This document shows, piece by piece, positions 39,873 to 51,652 of a stretch of DNA of 64,000 nucleotides. The DNA comes from Lingula anatina. Its lineage: Eukaryota > Animalia > Brachiopoda. The notes below the pieces were generated by a model. The model searched no databases. It had not been told where the DNA came from and saw nothing but the letters and a program-made list of their open reading frames with translations. The translations under genes were made by a program, and so were the position numbers. Each line of letters begins with the position of its first letter. Within the stretch, counting starts at the first letter, position 1. The stretch spans positions 39,038,788-39,102,787 of the forward strand of contig CM120640.1 of the NCBI GenBank assembly GCA_051362555.1, read 5' to 3'.

Positions 39873-42851
39873 CTGTAGGCTACTTAGATGTACCTACGCA
39901 CACCAATGAACTTTGTATAATTTCTTTTTAAAAATCACACAGTCATTTGCATACTGGACACATAAATGTGCCCTTATAACTCCTGCATGATTACATTCAA
40001 GGAATCAAGTTTCTGAATTTCAATCAATATCTGGATTGATCTTTCTTTAAAGAAAGGTTTTCTTTTTCTTTTACCCCTTTTTAATATCACACAATATCAT
40101 GGTGTAAACAAACTATATTTTTACATGTTACATTGAAACACCCACCCTTTTTCTCCAACACCATGACACTTTTGAAGTTTCACTCGCTGAAATGAAAATG
40201 TGCATTAATAAGTTAAATGACAAAAATTTTTGATCTAAAAAAAACAAAATTTACATTTATATAAATGTGATATTGTAGAGATACTGTACAAAGAATACCT
40301 TATATGTATCTCATTCTGACAACTGACCTGAAGTTGTAGACACTTCTGACTGAGATTCCTGAGAGAAGCACTAGTACATGGGACACCACTCAAATCTAGA
40401 TGTGTCAGCCTAGGGCAGTTATCTCCTGGAGAATATAAATTAAGATGTTCTTTGTGAAGACCAAGCACACAATTTAAAAATTAACATGTAAATTGATAGG
40501 CAGTTAAAAAGGGAAAATCTACATGTCAAACACTTTATCCTGGAGAACCTCAGTGTCTAATCTAAACATCAAACACTTCAACTGAAACTTACCAATTATG
40601 TCTAATGCCCAGTCTGTCATATTGTAAGGAGAGCTGGAGATATCAAGATACCTAAGGTTGGGACAGCCTTTCTTAAGCAGGGTCATTAAGATTTTGTCAG
40701 TCAAACCTATCAATAGTTAAAAAGACATTTTTTCAATATATGAAAATATTTATTTGCTTGAGTGAATAATCAAAGGCTAAAGTTCAGTTCTTTTTTCATT
40801 TATGTGAATGAAAACACATGTAGTCTATATCATTTGATTGAATTCCCATTTATTTTCAATTATATTCTGGGAAAATCATATAGCGATGAAAATCAACAGC
40901 TAACCTTCTCCAAACCTTTGAAAAACATGCTTGAAGTCTAAAGTAACTAGAGACTGCCAAGTCTTTAAGGCTAAATATCTCCAACGGATGCAAACTGAAA
41001 TGAACAAGTAAAATAATGTTACTGTTCACAAATCTTCACAGTTTACATACATGACCATAAATTATAACAATTTTGCTACAGAAGCAATCAGAAGATTCAA
41101 AGGATTTTTAAATTGAGAATTCATTGTTCTGAGTTTCAGTTTGATTAACATTTTTCACCTCTTTCTATTCTAACCCTATCCCTGAGAGGCAGTTGTGCAA
41201 ACACAATAAGCAACGTGTCATCATCCAGATCCTGCAATTTTGTGTTTACGTTACTATGTGTACTTTCATCTTGTTCAATACTTTCTTCTCTTTTTTCAAC
41301 CTAATTAAAAAAATGTAGAATTTTCACTGTTAAATATTTCTTCATAATATATTTATTATATGTATAAACCCAAAATATCATGTATTACTAAACAATCTAT
41401 TTTAACAAACAAAAAAACAACAACTTAAAGTGTTCCAATGGTTTAAATTAAACAGTCCCCAAATTCGTTCTTGACGTGAATAACTGCAAATAATATGTAA
41501 AACAAAGTAAATAGTATTGCAGTATATATTGTACTGTACCTCATGTATGTCTTCTTCACCAGATAACTTGGATTGAATATTGTAAGGTGTATTCCTACTT
41601 TCTAGAACCCTCTTCTTCTCATTGGCTCTGAATACTCTTAGCTGTCTGTAAAGAATATAATAGTGATCTATACTTGATTAAAGCACCACTGAAAACTACA
41701 TAATTATTTCTGACTGTATAACCTTGGGTACATGAATAACTTAAACATTTAGTTTGCATATACTTTACCTAGTATAAAAAATACTGACATACCCGGTACA
41801 ATTGAAATCTACGAGTTGAGGAAATAAAGATAGGTCAATAAGATCTTACCGGCCATCATAAAACAGCTGCTCTTCAGTTGCTCTTACAGCTTTTTCAACA
41901 GCATCTTGGGAACTAAATTTTATGAAAGCTGATCTGGAAAAAATAAAATGCACCTTATTTTAAATTAATAATTTCTTCTGCATTACAGAACATTTAATAC
42001 AGGTGCACAGGGGCGGATCCAGAGAGATTTTCTGACAGTCTTCCAAATTATCTTTGTTGATCCATCCTCTATTTTGACCGTCTTCCGACAGAAAACCCGT
42101 CAATGTAAACTTGAAAATCTGACCGTCTTCTGGAAGACCCAGAAGACGGCCTAAATCTGCCCCTGGGTGCGTGATATGTATTTACCTGGGTTATTTTGTT
42201 AACATGTAACAGTAAAAATGTTACCTACATACCCTTTTCTCCTACGAGACTTGTGATCTGTGATGAAGTGGATATTTTCTACTTTTCCAAATTTGCTGAA
42301 AAACTGGATTACTTGCTTCTTTGTTACCTAACAGTAGAGAATAAATCATAAAACAAACAAAAAATGCAGATATTTAGCACTCACCGATGATAAATATGCA
42401 CATAAATTCACCTTGCAACACGTACATGTATATTTTAATTTAATAAGTATGAAGTGCAGAAACCATAAGTTTTTATTATCTTCTCAAAGAAATTATCTGA
42501 GGGACAAAATTCTGTTTGCTGTCAACAAGACCTCATACTACTGTAGTGGACACATACTCTGTAGCTCAGATTCCCCACAAATATTTTGTAGGGTACAATA
42601 ACTGGAGTTTTTTCTTCAGTTTGACCTGTGGCACAATGGTCTCCTGAGTTAATATGTCCATTGTGAACAGCTGACCTGCTCCAACCAGATATTTCTTCTG
42701 TGAACTCTTTTAATTTCTTATGTTCTTCATTTCTGCTCCAACCACAGGCTTTGCTGATCGTTTCTAAGTTCAACTTAAACCCTGGAATGGAGGCAGCCTC
42801 TTCAAATTCTGCATCCCAATCTTCCTCGGGGCTTGCTTGGACATTGCTCAT
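36395..42851 (-). CDS. RRM + F-box + leucine-rich repeat protein (C. elegans EEED8.10-like architecture), more than 15 exons
   Basis: RRM: YKIFVGNLSYR|VTKKQVIQFFSKFGKV..RKG|SAFIKFSS. F-box: LQDLDDDTLLIVFAQLPLRDRVRIER|VCIRWRYL. LRRs: CPNLRYLDIS, CPRLTHLDLSG, CPKLQELQLNDC, CKQLRKVNISRC, CCKLKHLDISG. Ends ..MEEEWDMS* at 36395. Confidence 0.85.
39826..39871. repeat. (ATT)n microsatellite
   Basis: Direct reading; intronic. Confidence 0.95.
42008..42164. mobile_element. MITE with CAGGGGCGGAT TIRs (intronic copy)
   Basis: caggggcggatcc...aaatctgcccctg; a near-identical inverted copy lies at 58184-58352. Confidence 0.8.
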
Positions 42852-44084
42852 TTTAATAATCTCTCTCACTTATCAACCTGATCAAAGCTTGATTATATCT
42901 CGCCATGCCATATATTATACCACATCTAAAAATACAGAAAGATACAAGAACAAATGTTGTTTAAGAGGCACAGTACGTACGTACAGACTACTTACATGTA
43001 TTATGTACATGTGCAAAAGTTAAGAGAAAAATCTGAGGCAAGTACAAATGTAAATGGCGTTATTACAGGTACAGTAAGTGCACTGTGCAGCTGTTGTTAC
43101 GAACTACCGACCGATTTAAGAACTCCATTAAAATCGCTACAGATAATATTATTGACAGACAACGTCCACCGAATTATTTAAAATGGGGTCATGTCAGTGT
43201 GACATGCGTGTACTCTGACACCAGCTCACCTGTGTCTTCTCGTTTTGTTACCGTTCACAAGGTGGCAGTTCTGCACAAGAAAGGCTTCAACCCTTTGATC
43301 ACTGCCTTTTCAATGGACTTACATGTACTCAGTTTCAATAGGGGAACGTTTTTAGACAACAGAAGTTCAGAGTGACCCCGAGACGCAAACCTTCAAGATA
43401 CGAACAAAGAACAGGTACTGTAACTCGCCTCACCTGTCTCCTCATCAGCACGCTCGAACACAGCCAGTCCGCATGCTCTGGCTCTGCTGAGTCATTTTTT
43501 GTAAGGTAAGCATCACTGATTCACAAGGAATAATTTGTGTAGCCTGTAGCATCGTGCTAGACGCAAATCATTTTTGATTTCTAACATGCACAGCACAGTC
43601 GTTTTCCCTCACCCGAATTTAGGAAGGAGGGAACCATAGTGCAGGCGTTTTTAGAGCGTACAGCATTAAGATAATTTCCTGGGGTTCATTGAAAATAATC
43701 CCACTTACCACAGACTTTTTTTGTTTCATTTCCAAAATAAATAGATAAGTATTTTAATAAATAAAGAAAGAAAGAAAGAATTAAATAAAATTGGTACAAA
43801 ACATCTGATTCCCTCAAAGTCAGGGTAGGTCGCGCTTGTTGGACAACTTTCCAAATTTTACGGCCTGAAGACAGTACTCATTTAACTTTGCGAGGAGTAT
43901 CGGTGTGGGGAAGTAACGGTGCGCGTATAACACTGATTTTACAGAATATGTAATGATGGGGGGGGGGGGGGGGGGGGGGGGGGTCCTGCCGGTGTGGCGT
44001 ACGATGCAGAAAATATGAAGTTTTCTAGTGGGATTAACGGTGCGGGACGTATAAAGATGAGTCCTCTCCGGACACTCTGTAGGC

Positions 44085-44210
44085 TAGCACGAAAATCCAT
44101 CCGTTAGCACTCCTATTGGCGGTTCTGATATACATGTATGTTAGCTGTTAGCACAGCCAGCATATATCAAAACCGTCAATAGCAGTGATAACGCATATAT
44201 TTTCGTGCTA
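44085..44210. mobile_element. Palindromic MITE (TAGCACGAAAAT...ATTTTCGTGCTA)
   Basis: Whole-element imperfect hairpin; same family as 14377-14559. Confidence 0.7.
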
Positions 44211-44694
44211 TAATAGGCCTACATTGACCTTCATCCTCTTGATTTGACATAAACCTAATCATGTACACCTGTAATTCATCAGGGAATCGAAATTATGACA
44301 GATGATCAAAATTGGATAATCCTACTGTAAATTTGTGATTTGTGTTGATTTTACCCCGTAAAGGTGTCGTCTAGACCTGAAGAAAGGGCCCCTCGCCACG
44401 AGAAACACACTGCATCTGTCTACGCACAAGAGATTCAATCATTGAGTCTGAATTTTCATGCGGCACCTTTTGATTGAAAAATCGCTTTGATGGCATAAAG
44501 CTGAGGTATCTTTCAAGATAAAATAAATAATTGCAAATTCTTCGATTGCAAGAGGACTTGCATGTTGTGTTTCTAATTTGAAAGACACAAAATTGGTTGC
44601 GTTATTTCACAAAGAATTTATTTTAAAAATTGAGAGATAGAGATTTCTGTGTAATACATTCCATTCCGTATTGAAAAGGCTAGAAACTAAAATA

Positions 44695-45730
44695 CACACA
44701 CTGGACAATAGAAGTGTCACCCCTACTGAACCAATACTATGGGGGAGATAAATGACTGTGGAATGATATGCTCCTGGTATCATTTTATTAACATCAAATT
44801 TTAAAAAAAATGAGAACAAGATATACATTCTACATAAATATGCAGTTTCAAGTCCAAAATTAGTACTTGCTGGCATTGCCACGTGACCTAATAATAGGTG
44901 CCAGTCTACGAGGCAAGGATTCATATAATTGTCTGATGTGTTCAGGGCTTATGCTGGCCCAAGCATGAAACACTGAATATAACAGTTTCTCTGCTGGTTA
45001 GACGGGCATTTGTCAAAAGTTTTGACATATCATTCCACACATTTTCTATTATGTTTGCATCCGGACTCTGGGAAGGCCACATCACCCTGCGAATGTCCTG
45101 TTGGTCAAACCAATCTTCAACTGCTCTGGGCCTGTGACAAGGAGCATTGTCATCCTGGTGAACAAATGCATAATTCCTGTCATCAAACATGTTAGTAATA
45201 GATGGTAGCAAGCCTGACTCAAAAACAAATATATATTTCTAGTGATTCATGTTTCCATCAACCACTGTCAATTCGCCCACGCCATGGATGCTGATGCAGC
45301 CCCACACCATGATGAATGGACATCAAAATCAGTCGTCGGTCTTAACGGCCAGTAGGTTTTTCTTGGACGACCCATCTGAGGCAATTTGTCTTTTGATCCA
45401 GTGTTTCTATACCGAGACCAGACCCTCTGCACGGTTCTGACTGAACAATTCAATTGTATCGATGTTCTGACATTGCTTATATTCCGCCTCTTCAGGTTAA
45501 TAACTTTACGCCTATAACCGTTAGAAAATTGCCGGTATCTTGCCATATTGGAGGAAGACAGGAATAACATTTACTGTACATGTACAAGACCAACAATACA
45601 ATTCCATGGTATAGCGGTTTTATACTCATTAGTCACATTAAAAGTAGACCAGGCATTATAACTACCCAAGATCTGCCTACATTTATTACTCTGATTTAGG
45701 GGGTGACACTTAGGGGGTGTCCAGTGTGTG
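44695..45730 (-). mobile_element. Degenerate Tc1/mariner element with an internally deleted transposase
   Basis: TIRs cacacactggaca..aagtgtcacccct / aggggtgacactt..tgtccagtgtgtg flanked by TA. Residual ORFs carry an HTH (CSVRTVQRVWSRYRNTGS..GRPRKT) and the Tc1 DD34E motifs FVHQDDNAPCH and WPSQSPDANIIENVW. Confidence 0.92.
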
Positions 45731-45732
45731 TA

Positions 45733-45797
<65 letters not shown>

Positions 45798-45803
45798 AAA
45801 AAG

Positions 45804-45957
45804 AAAAAAAGAACAGCAGCTATTTTGCCCCAACCGGTTTCATTGCATCTTCGGGGGTTTTGATAGATAAGCCTGAAGATGCAATGAAACCGGTCGGGGC
45901 AAAATAGCTGCTATTCTTTTTTTATATACTCGTACAGGAAAAACACTTTTACTCTCA
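45804..45957. mobile_element. Inverted-repeat fragment, probably a Penelope-like element end with minimal hammerhead-like motifs, inside (TA)n
   Basis: ~50 bp inverted arms containing CTGAAGA-tgcaat-GAAACCGGTCGGGG; flanked by (TA)n at 45734-45794 and 45958-45977. Confidence 0.5.
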
Positions 45958-47904
45958 ATATATATATATATATATATTGTCATAATTCTACCACATATCT
46001 TGTGCAGTAGGCTATGTTAGTCTACAACTATACATTTAACTTCTATTTATTATTTCAATAAATTATGAAATGATAAACGAAATTAAATGTATAAAAGAAC
46101 AAAGATCCGAAAATGTAAAAAATAAATAAATAATAAAAAAATTACCAAGAGTACACTACTTAAAATGCAATTAAAAACAATTGACCGCTACATATTACAA
46201 TGCTTTTAATTAATTCTACATATTTGCTTGTGGGTTTTAATGCTTGAAAAATGCCTGATTTCATTCTGAGGCACATTAACAAACTAAGTGCCAAATCGTA
46301 TCCATTACGTACCCTGTACTAGGGCCGCATATTTATTATGTGCTCTTTTCTCTGACGCAAAGTCCCGTCATTTAACTAGAGACATATCTGTCATTATCTA
46401 GTGAAAAATAAATCTGTGACCCTGGTTAAGCGTATAGGAGAATTTCAAAAACGCAAAATTGTTTGCAGAGACATTCAAGAAACAAAACATATAACACACG
46501 GTCTCTAGAAACCTCCTCCTCCGCCACCGCCTCCGCCACCGCCACCACCACCACCACCACCGCCACCACCGCCGCCACCGCCACCTCCCCAGTGATGATG
46601 ATGGCTTCCTCCCGAGCCTCCACCACCGCCGAATCCACCACAGTAGCCGGCTCGGAGGATACAGTAGATGGCGGCCACACAAATGCCGGTGAACGCTAAG
46701 ACTCCGATAATAATCCCTGCTATCATTCCCCCGCCCCCAGTAGAGCTGCAGCTAAAGCGACCTAAAAAGACGTCCCTGAAACGAAAGTGGTATAAGGTAA
46801 GGGGGCAATTTTGGTGTCATAAGTCTTATCATAATCATGACTTATATATATATATATATACAATATATAAAACATTACACATGATAAATAGCACTAGCGA
46901 CGACAAACAGAATCTCTCGCGGGAGCAAGAAATTGAATCTTTTTAACAGGAATAAGCATCGAAACTCATCCTTGGATATTTCCGCCACAGATACACGTTA
47001 CGTTAACCCGCCATAGAGAGAATTTCTTGTAGGATTTGAGATGTGCGTTATCTTATTTACCAGAAAGATTGTCACCAACTCGTAAACCGGAATTCAGATT
47101 ACGCTGAACTAAAATATTTCAACCATTATTCTTTGTAACATGTTACCTTTCAATTTATTAAACTGGGAAGAAACATGCATATTTTTTAAAATTTCATTTC
47201 ATTTTTTTAAATCGCCAATATTTTGGGAAAGACGGGAAATCAGCAAAAGGGAGAAAAATTAAACGTGTTAAACGTATTAACTGTAAGCAAAGTTACATTT
47301 CTGTTCAGAACATAAAAAAAATTTCACAACCCAAATCAAACTCACCGATAAGAAGAAACCATGGCTTGGAGTCCAGAAGCCCACCGACCATCACTTAAAT
47401 AGGATTTCACTTCTTGCGTCACCTTGTTGATACAGTTATTGGTCAGTTTGAGACGTGCTTTTGATCCAGTGGAAGTCCATATCTGAAACATTTATTTTAA
47501 TATTTGGCACACCTGGATAATTACTACATGACATCAGCATTTGGTTCCTAATATTTTGGGAATTGAACTATGGAAATACACAGGGTTTTATGAATCAATT
47601 TAATCATGCCACTTTAAAATAATTATAAAATTTATTTACTTTTCTGTCTTGGGTAGACAGTACTCTAACTACGCTGTCTTGGCAGTAGCCCTAACCCCAG
47701 GAGGTGATACGTAGGTAATCGGCGAACTTTTCAATGGCAATTAGTTTCTCATTTGACGTGTCAGGAACTCTGGAAATGTAGGCACTTCATTTAATCAGTC
47801 GCCAATTTAAAAAGTTTGGTAAGACCGTAGGGATTATGCATGTTAAGCTCGATGCCCAACATTTACAAATAATTAAGTGGATGTATATATTGGACATATA
47901 TATA

Positions 47905-48242
47905 AGGGATAATAACTCTTCGTATGAGGTCTATATTTCACAATAAAACATTGTGAATAACTCTGTTTTACGAATATGTTCTGTTTTACGACTAAAACAG
48001 CAGTTATAGCTATTATTCTGATATCTGAGCTTGTCTTCAGACCACGTGACCTCCATTGATGGCTATACTCTGTTGTAATCTCTTAAGAGATTTTTAACAA
48101 AAAAAACCAAACTTTTTAGAAAAAATCCAGGGACTAACTTTGAATGTAAAAATGGATTCATTAACCATTGGTAAGTATGGGAAAATTGTTGTTTACTCCA
48201 GGGAAATTAATTTTTTGGCCAAAACGAAAAGTTATTATCCCT
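47905..48242. mobile_element. Kolobok-like MITE copy
   Basis: agggataataactcttcgt...acgaaaagttattatccct; absent from the equivalent intron in unit 2. Confidence 0.75.
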
Positions 48243-49108
48243 TTAGGCAGATTGATACAGGTCTTGTCATAATTCACAGCCCAGTCAAGATAATGGGCTT
48301 GATGCAGGCCTATAGAACTATTTCATTTTACATAAAAACGATGACGACAATCGTTAATCAAGACAATTACAATTAACTTAGGTGCAGAAATTAAGTCTAT
48401 ATAAATGCACAAACGCGACGTATACACGTACAAAATTAAACAAAGGAATGAAAATGAATAAAAAATATTATCGACGCTTGAAAGTAATGAGATACATACC
48501 CTGCCGGTAGAGCGAGTTTCGGAACTACAGCTATAGCAACTTGGTATCCGCTTCGATCTGCCGGGCAGTAACCACACGCGCACGGTGAGTCATTACGAAT
48601 ACGATCCAGCTGAACATCAAGCTGGTCACCTGAAATTTAATTTTTAGACATCGAATAATATATAAACGTGCCTCAAATGCAAAAAAGAGTTACACTGCAT
48701 GACTCCTTTTATCTTCAAGGACGTCACCGCCCCTAGACCCACTCTTTCCTTTTTTCTTTGCTATGTAATCTCTATGGGCAAAAAAATTATCTGTGCGGTG
48801 GGGCTATCACACACACATTCACATGCACGCCAGCACGCACGCACGCATACACTTAATTGCTAGATGGCTTATCTCTGTACTGTGTGTCACCTCAGCAAAA
48901 ATGTCTACAGAACTTCCGCCCTGGTAGAGGGTACTTTATTGCTACCTAACCAGTTTAAGGGGTGCATTATAAGTTTATTCGTAGCGGGATCAAATACTTA
49001 GGTTTAGGTGTACTGAGTAGTCAGGGGGCTGAGTCGGATGTACTGGTACCTGTACTTGTACAGGTGATACACTTGTATATGCGTATAGCGTAGGTAGACC
49101 TATAATTA

Positions 49109-49604
49109 TACTGACAGTCAGTGAAAACGCATCAGAAAACTTCCTTTTTTTTACCGAGAATCGATTCCAACCATTTAAGCGAGTACAAATGTTTGTTCAT
49201 AAGAGAGTGGGCTGACCACTCGGATGTTTAAAATTTCCGCTTCAGTGATTTTGTGACCAGCTGTTACAAAATCATGTGTTTTTCCTGTCTCGTGATTGGT
49301 GTGAATTAATCAGGTTCAATATATAGTGATGAATTAAGCCTATTTAAGGTAGTCACCAAATCCAGTGTGGCAGATGACAAAAAAGTTCAGTGATGCCGAG
49401 TCTGACACTGAAAGAGTGACTGCGGGCCCTGGGGATGCTGGAGGATGGGCGGAACGAAAGAGATTTGATTTCTGACCTTTATTTCACCTTGTGTAACTGA
49501 ATAATGGGTCATATTTCACACGTAAACTGTTATTTTCTTAATGTGCCAGAGGACCAAAAATATTATTTGATAAATAAATGATGCGTTTTCATTGACTGTC
49601 AGTA
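49109..49604. mobile_element. Tc1/mariner-type MITE with TA TSD
   Basis: TIRs tactgacagtcagtgaaaacgcatca / tgatgcgttttcattgactgtcagta. The empty site taattatatgcttgg is seen in the duplicate at ~56064-56078. Confidence 0.9.
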
Positions 49605-51056
49605 TATATGCTTGGTTCACACAGCTGTACATACATTGTAGGAAGATGACTTGTACAACAATTAATAAGCACACTCGATCGTTATTATCTTAGAGGTGGT
49701 AAGTCTGCCTAAATCTCATCTTAGCCAACGAGTATACTTTTTTACCAGTACTCTCCATTATCGCAGGGTCGAGGTCTAAAAATGTGCTCAATATGGCTTT
49801 TGATTACTTGAATCTGACAGTGATTATCATGCTAAATAAAATATTTTGGGCGGATATGTAAGGCCTGTCTTTACATGGCAACACAACACCGCAAATATTA
49901 CAGACTAACGGGACAATTCCTTTATCTAAGAAAAAAAATGAGGCTAACGTAACATTGCCATTGTGCAACAGGTTAATGCGGTTGAATTCATCCTAGGTGG
50001 TGCCATATGACGTCACACTCTGCCGGTAAATTAACTCAAATCTTACTTTCAACTAACCAATATTCAATATCCATGCAAATTAGACAGTTAAAATGCAAAA
50101 ATTCGCTTGGGAACCGGGTTAACCGGATTCAGCATGTTAAAATTATGCTAATAAGCCTGGTTCCAAACTTTTACCCCAAAATGTCCCTTACTTCTTATGC
50201 AGAGCCTTTTTTCAAAAATCACACTAGATTAAAACGAACTCTTAGCAAATTAGCCGCCAAATTATGAAAGGGAACACCTTCCGGACCTTCATACGCACGG
50301 CACCTGAAAAAGCTGATAGACAAAAAGGCAATTTTCAAATTTTCAGCGAGAGATCGTTCGCAATCCGAGCGAGGCGAGGAGGCAATTTTCATATTTGTTA
50401 AAGAGACTTCGTTGACGAGACGAGAACGCAATTTTCGTATCCTCAGCGGGAGATCGTTTGCAATCTTATATTCGTTCAATGCCTTTCGTTTGCGGAAGAC
50501 CGTCAGCCGGCGATCGTTCTCGGTCTAAGCGAGACGAGAAGGCAATTTTCATTTCGCAAAACTCAACATACTCGTACCTTCGTAGATCTTCAGTATGTTA
50601 TTCGGATCACAGACCCACGATCTCACCCCATTTCTTCCACACTTGTAGACATCATATCTTTGGTCCATGCCTGTGGAGGATTAAAAGTTGTCGGAGACTG
50701 GGCCTCAGCACAATTCACTGCACATATACACAGACAAATGAACTTTACTGTGTACATCTCTGTTGACTTTTTACTTAAGAGTGATCGTTTCACTACATTC
50801 ACTTATTCGCTTCCGCAGGCCACACCTTCACTTGTTGTTGTTAACACGACTCACAGGCTTCACATCGTAATCCCGGACCCGGTGTGGCGTGAATCGTTCG
50901 GAGCGTGAACCATCCGTTCTGCTCATGCGCACAAAGCGCAGGCAAATCTGAGAGACTTCCGGCGTGTACGGTCCGTCTCTATCGACTTTAATAAACATAC
51001 ACTGTTGAGAACATACTACATATTCAAACATAATCTTTAATAATATTCATATCTAA

Positions 51057-51652
51057 GACCGCATTCACAACGAGTTGAGCCATGGCTCTACAAATCCGCT
51101 AACTAAATATGGCGGACGTACATGAACGAAAACCGCCTAATCTTTTAATAGTCTCTCCGCCTCTCACACGCCTCCCCACGCCTCCGCCTCTCACACGCCT
51201 CCCTGTGGGGGTACAGTCATTAAATCTCGGCTCCGTTCGCCATGCGGGGCTGGGTATCTCTGTGAATATCTCCCTGAATATCTCTGGTGACATTATCTCC
51301 GTAGATTTTCGATTCATTGCTGCTCTACTGGCCACTTAATTCCTTTTTCGTCTCTGTTTTGAAAGATAATAGAACAGAAGGGTTTTTTTCCTTCGACCGC
51401 CTCCAGCCGCCATGCTTTCTTCACCTCGAATTTAATTGATGAGCGTGCGCGCTTAATATTTCTCAGGTAGCTTCCGCATGGCGAATGGAGCCGAGATTTA
51501 ATGACTGTACCCCCGCCGGGGACGACGCGTGGGGAGGCGTGTGAGAGGCGGAGAGACTATTAAAAGATTAGGTGGTTTTTCTTTCATGTACGTCCGCCAT
51601 ATTTAGTTCGCGGATTTGTAGAGCCATGGCTCAACTGGTTCTGAATGCGGTC
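51057..51652. mobile_element. PIF/Harbinger-type MITE with long TIRs and TAA TSD, upstream of paralog A
   Basis: taa|gaccgcattcacaacgagttgagccatggctctacaaatccg ... cggatttgtagagccatggctcaactggttctgaatgcggtc|taa; inverted arms about 170-190 bp. Confidence 0.88.

Larger units (their letters stand above)
46505..50757 (-). pseudogene. MOLO-1/TPM-domain membrane protein paralog A (frameshifted in exon 1)
   Basis: Five exons collinear with paralog B. A 19-nt deletion (cttggattagggaattctt absent at ~50657) removes EEFPNPR and gives ..WTKDMMSTSVEEMG*. The Ser/Thr linker is also absent. The last exon encodes TM + GGSHHHHW-polyG-F*. Confidence 0.8.

Noticed and set aside
43958-43983. Poly-G run as a G-quadruplex element (also ~57666-57679)
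   Set aside because: Simple homopolymers with no further support; their lengths are error-prone.
44370-44425. CTGAAGA...GAAAC...GTC hammerhead-like string
   Set aside because: Stem I cannot form, and the duplicate copy (~53027) reads cctatagaa, so the core is not conserved.
46398-46699. Trp/Arg-rich, Val/Ala-rich and Thr-rich ORFs overlapping the Gly tails (also 53687-54201)
   Set aside because: These are alternative-frame and antisense shadows of (GGY)n repeats; only the Gly frame splices in phase with the TPM exons.
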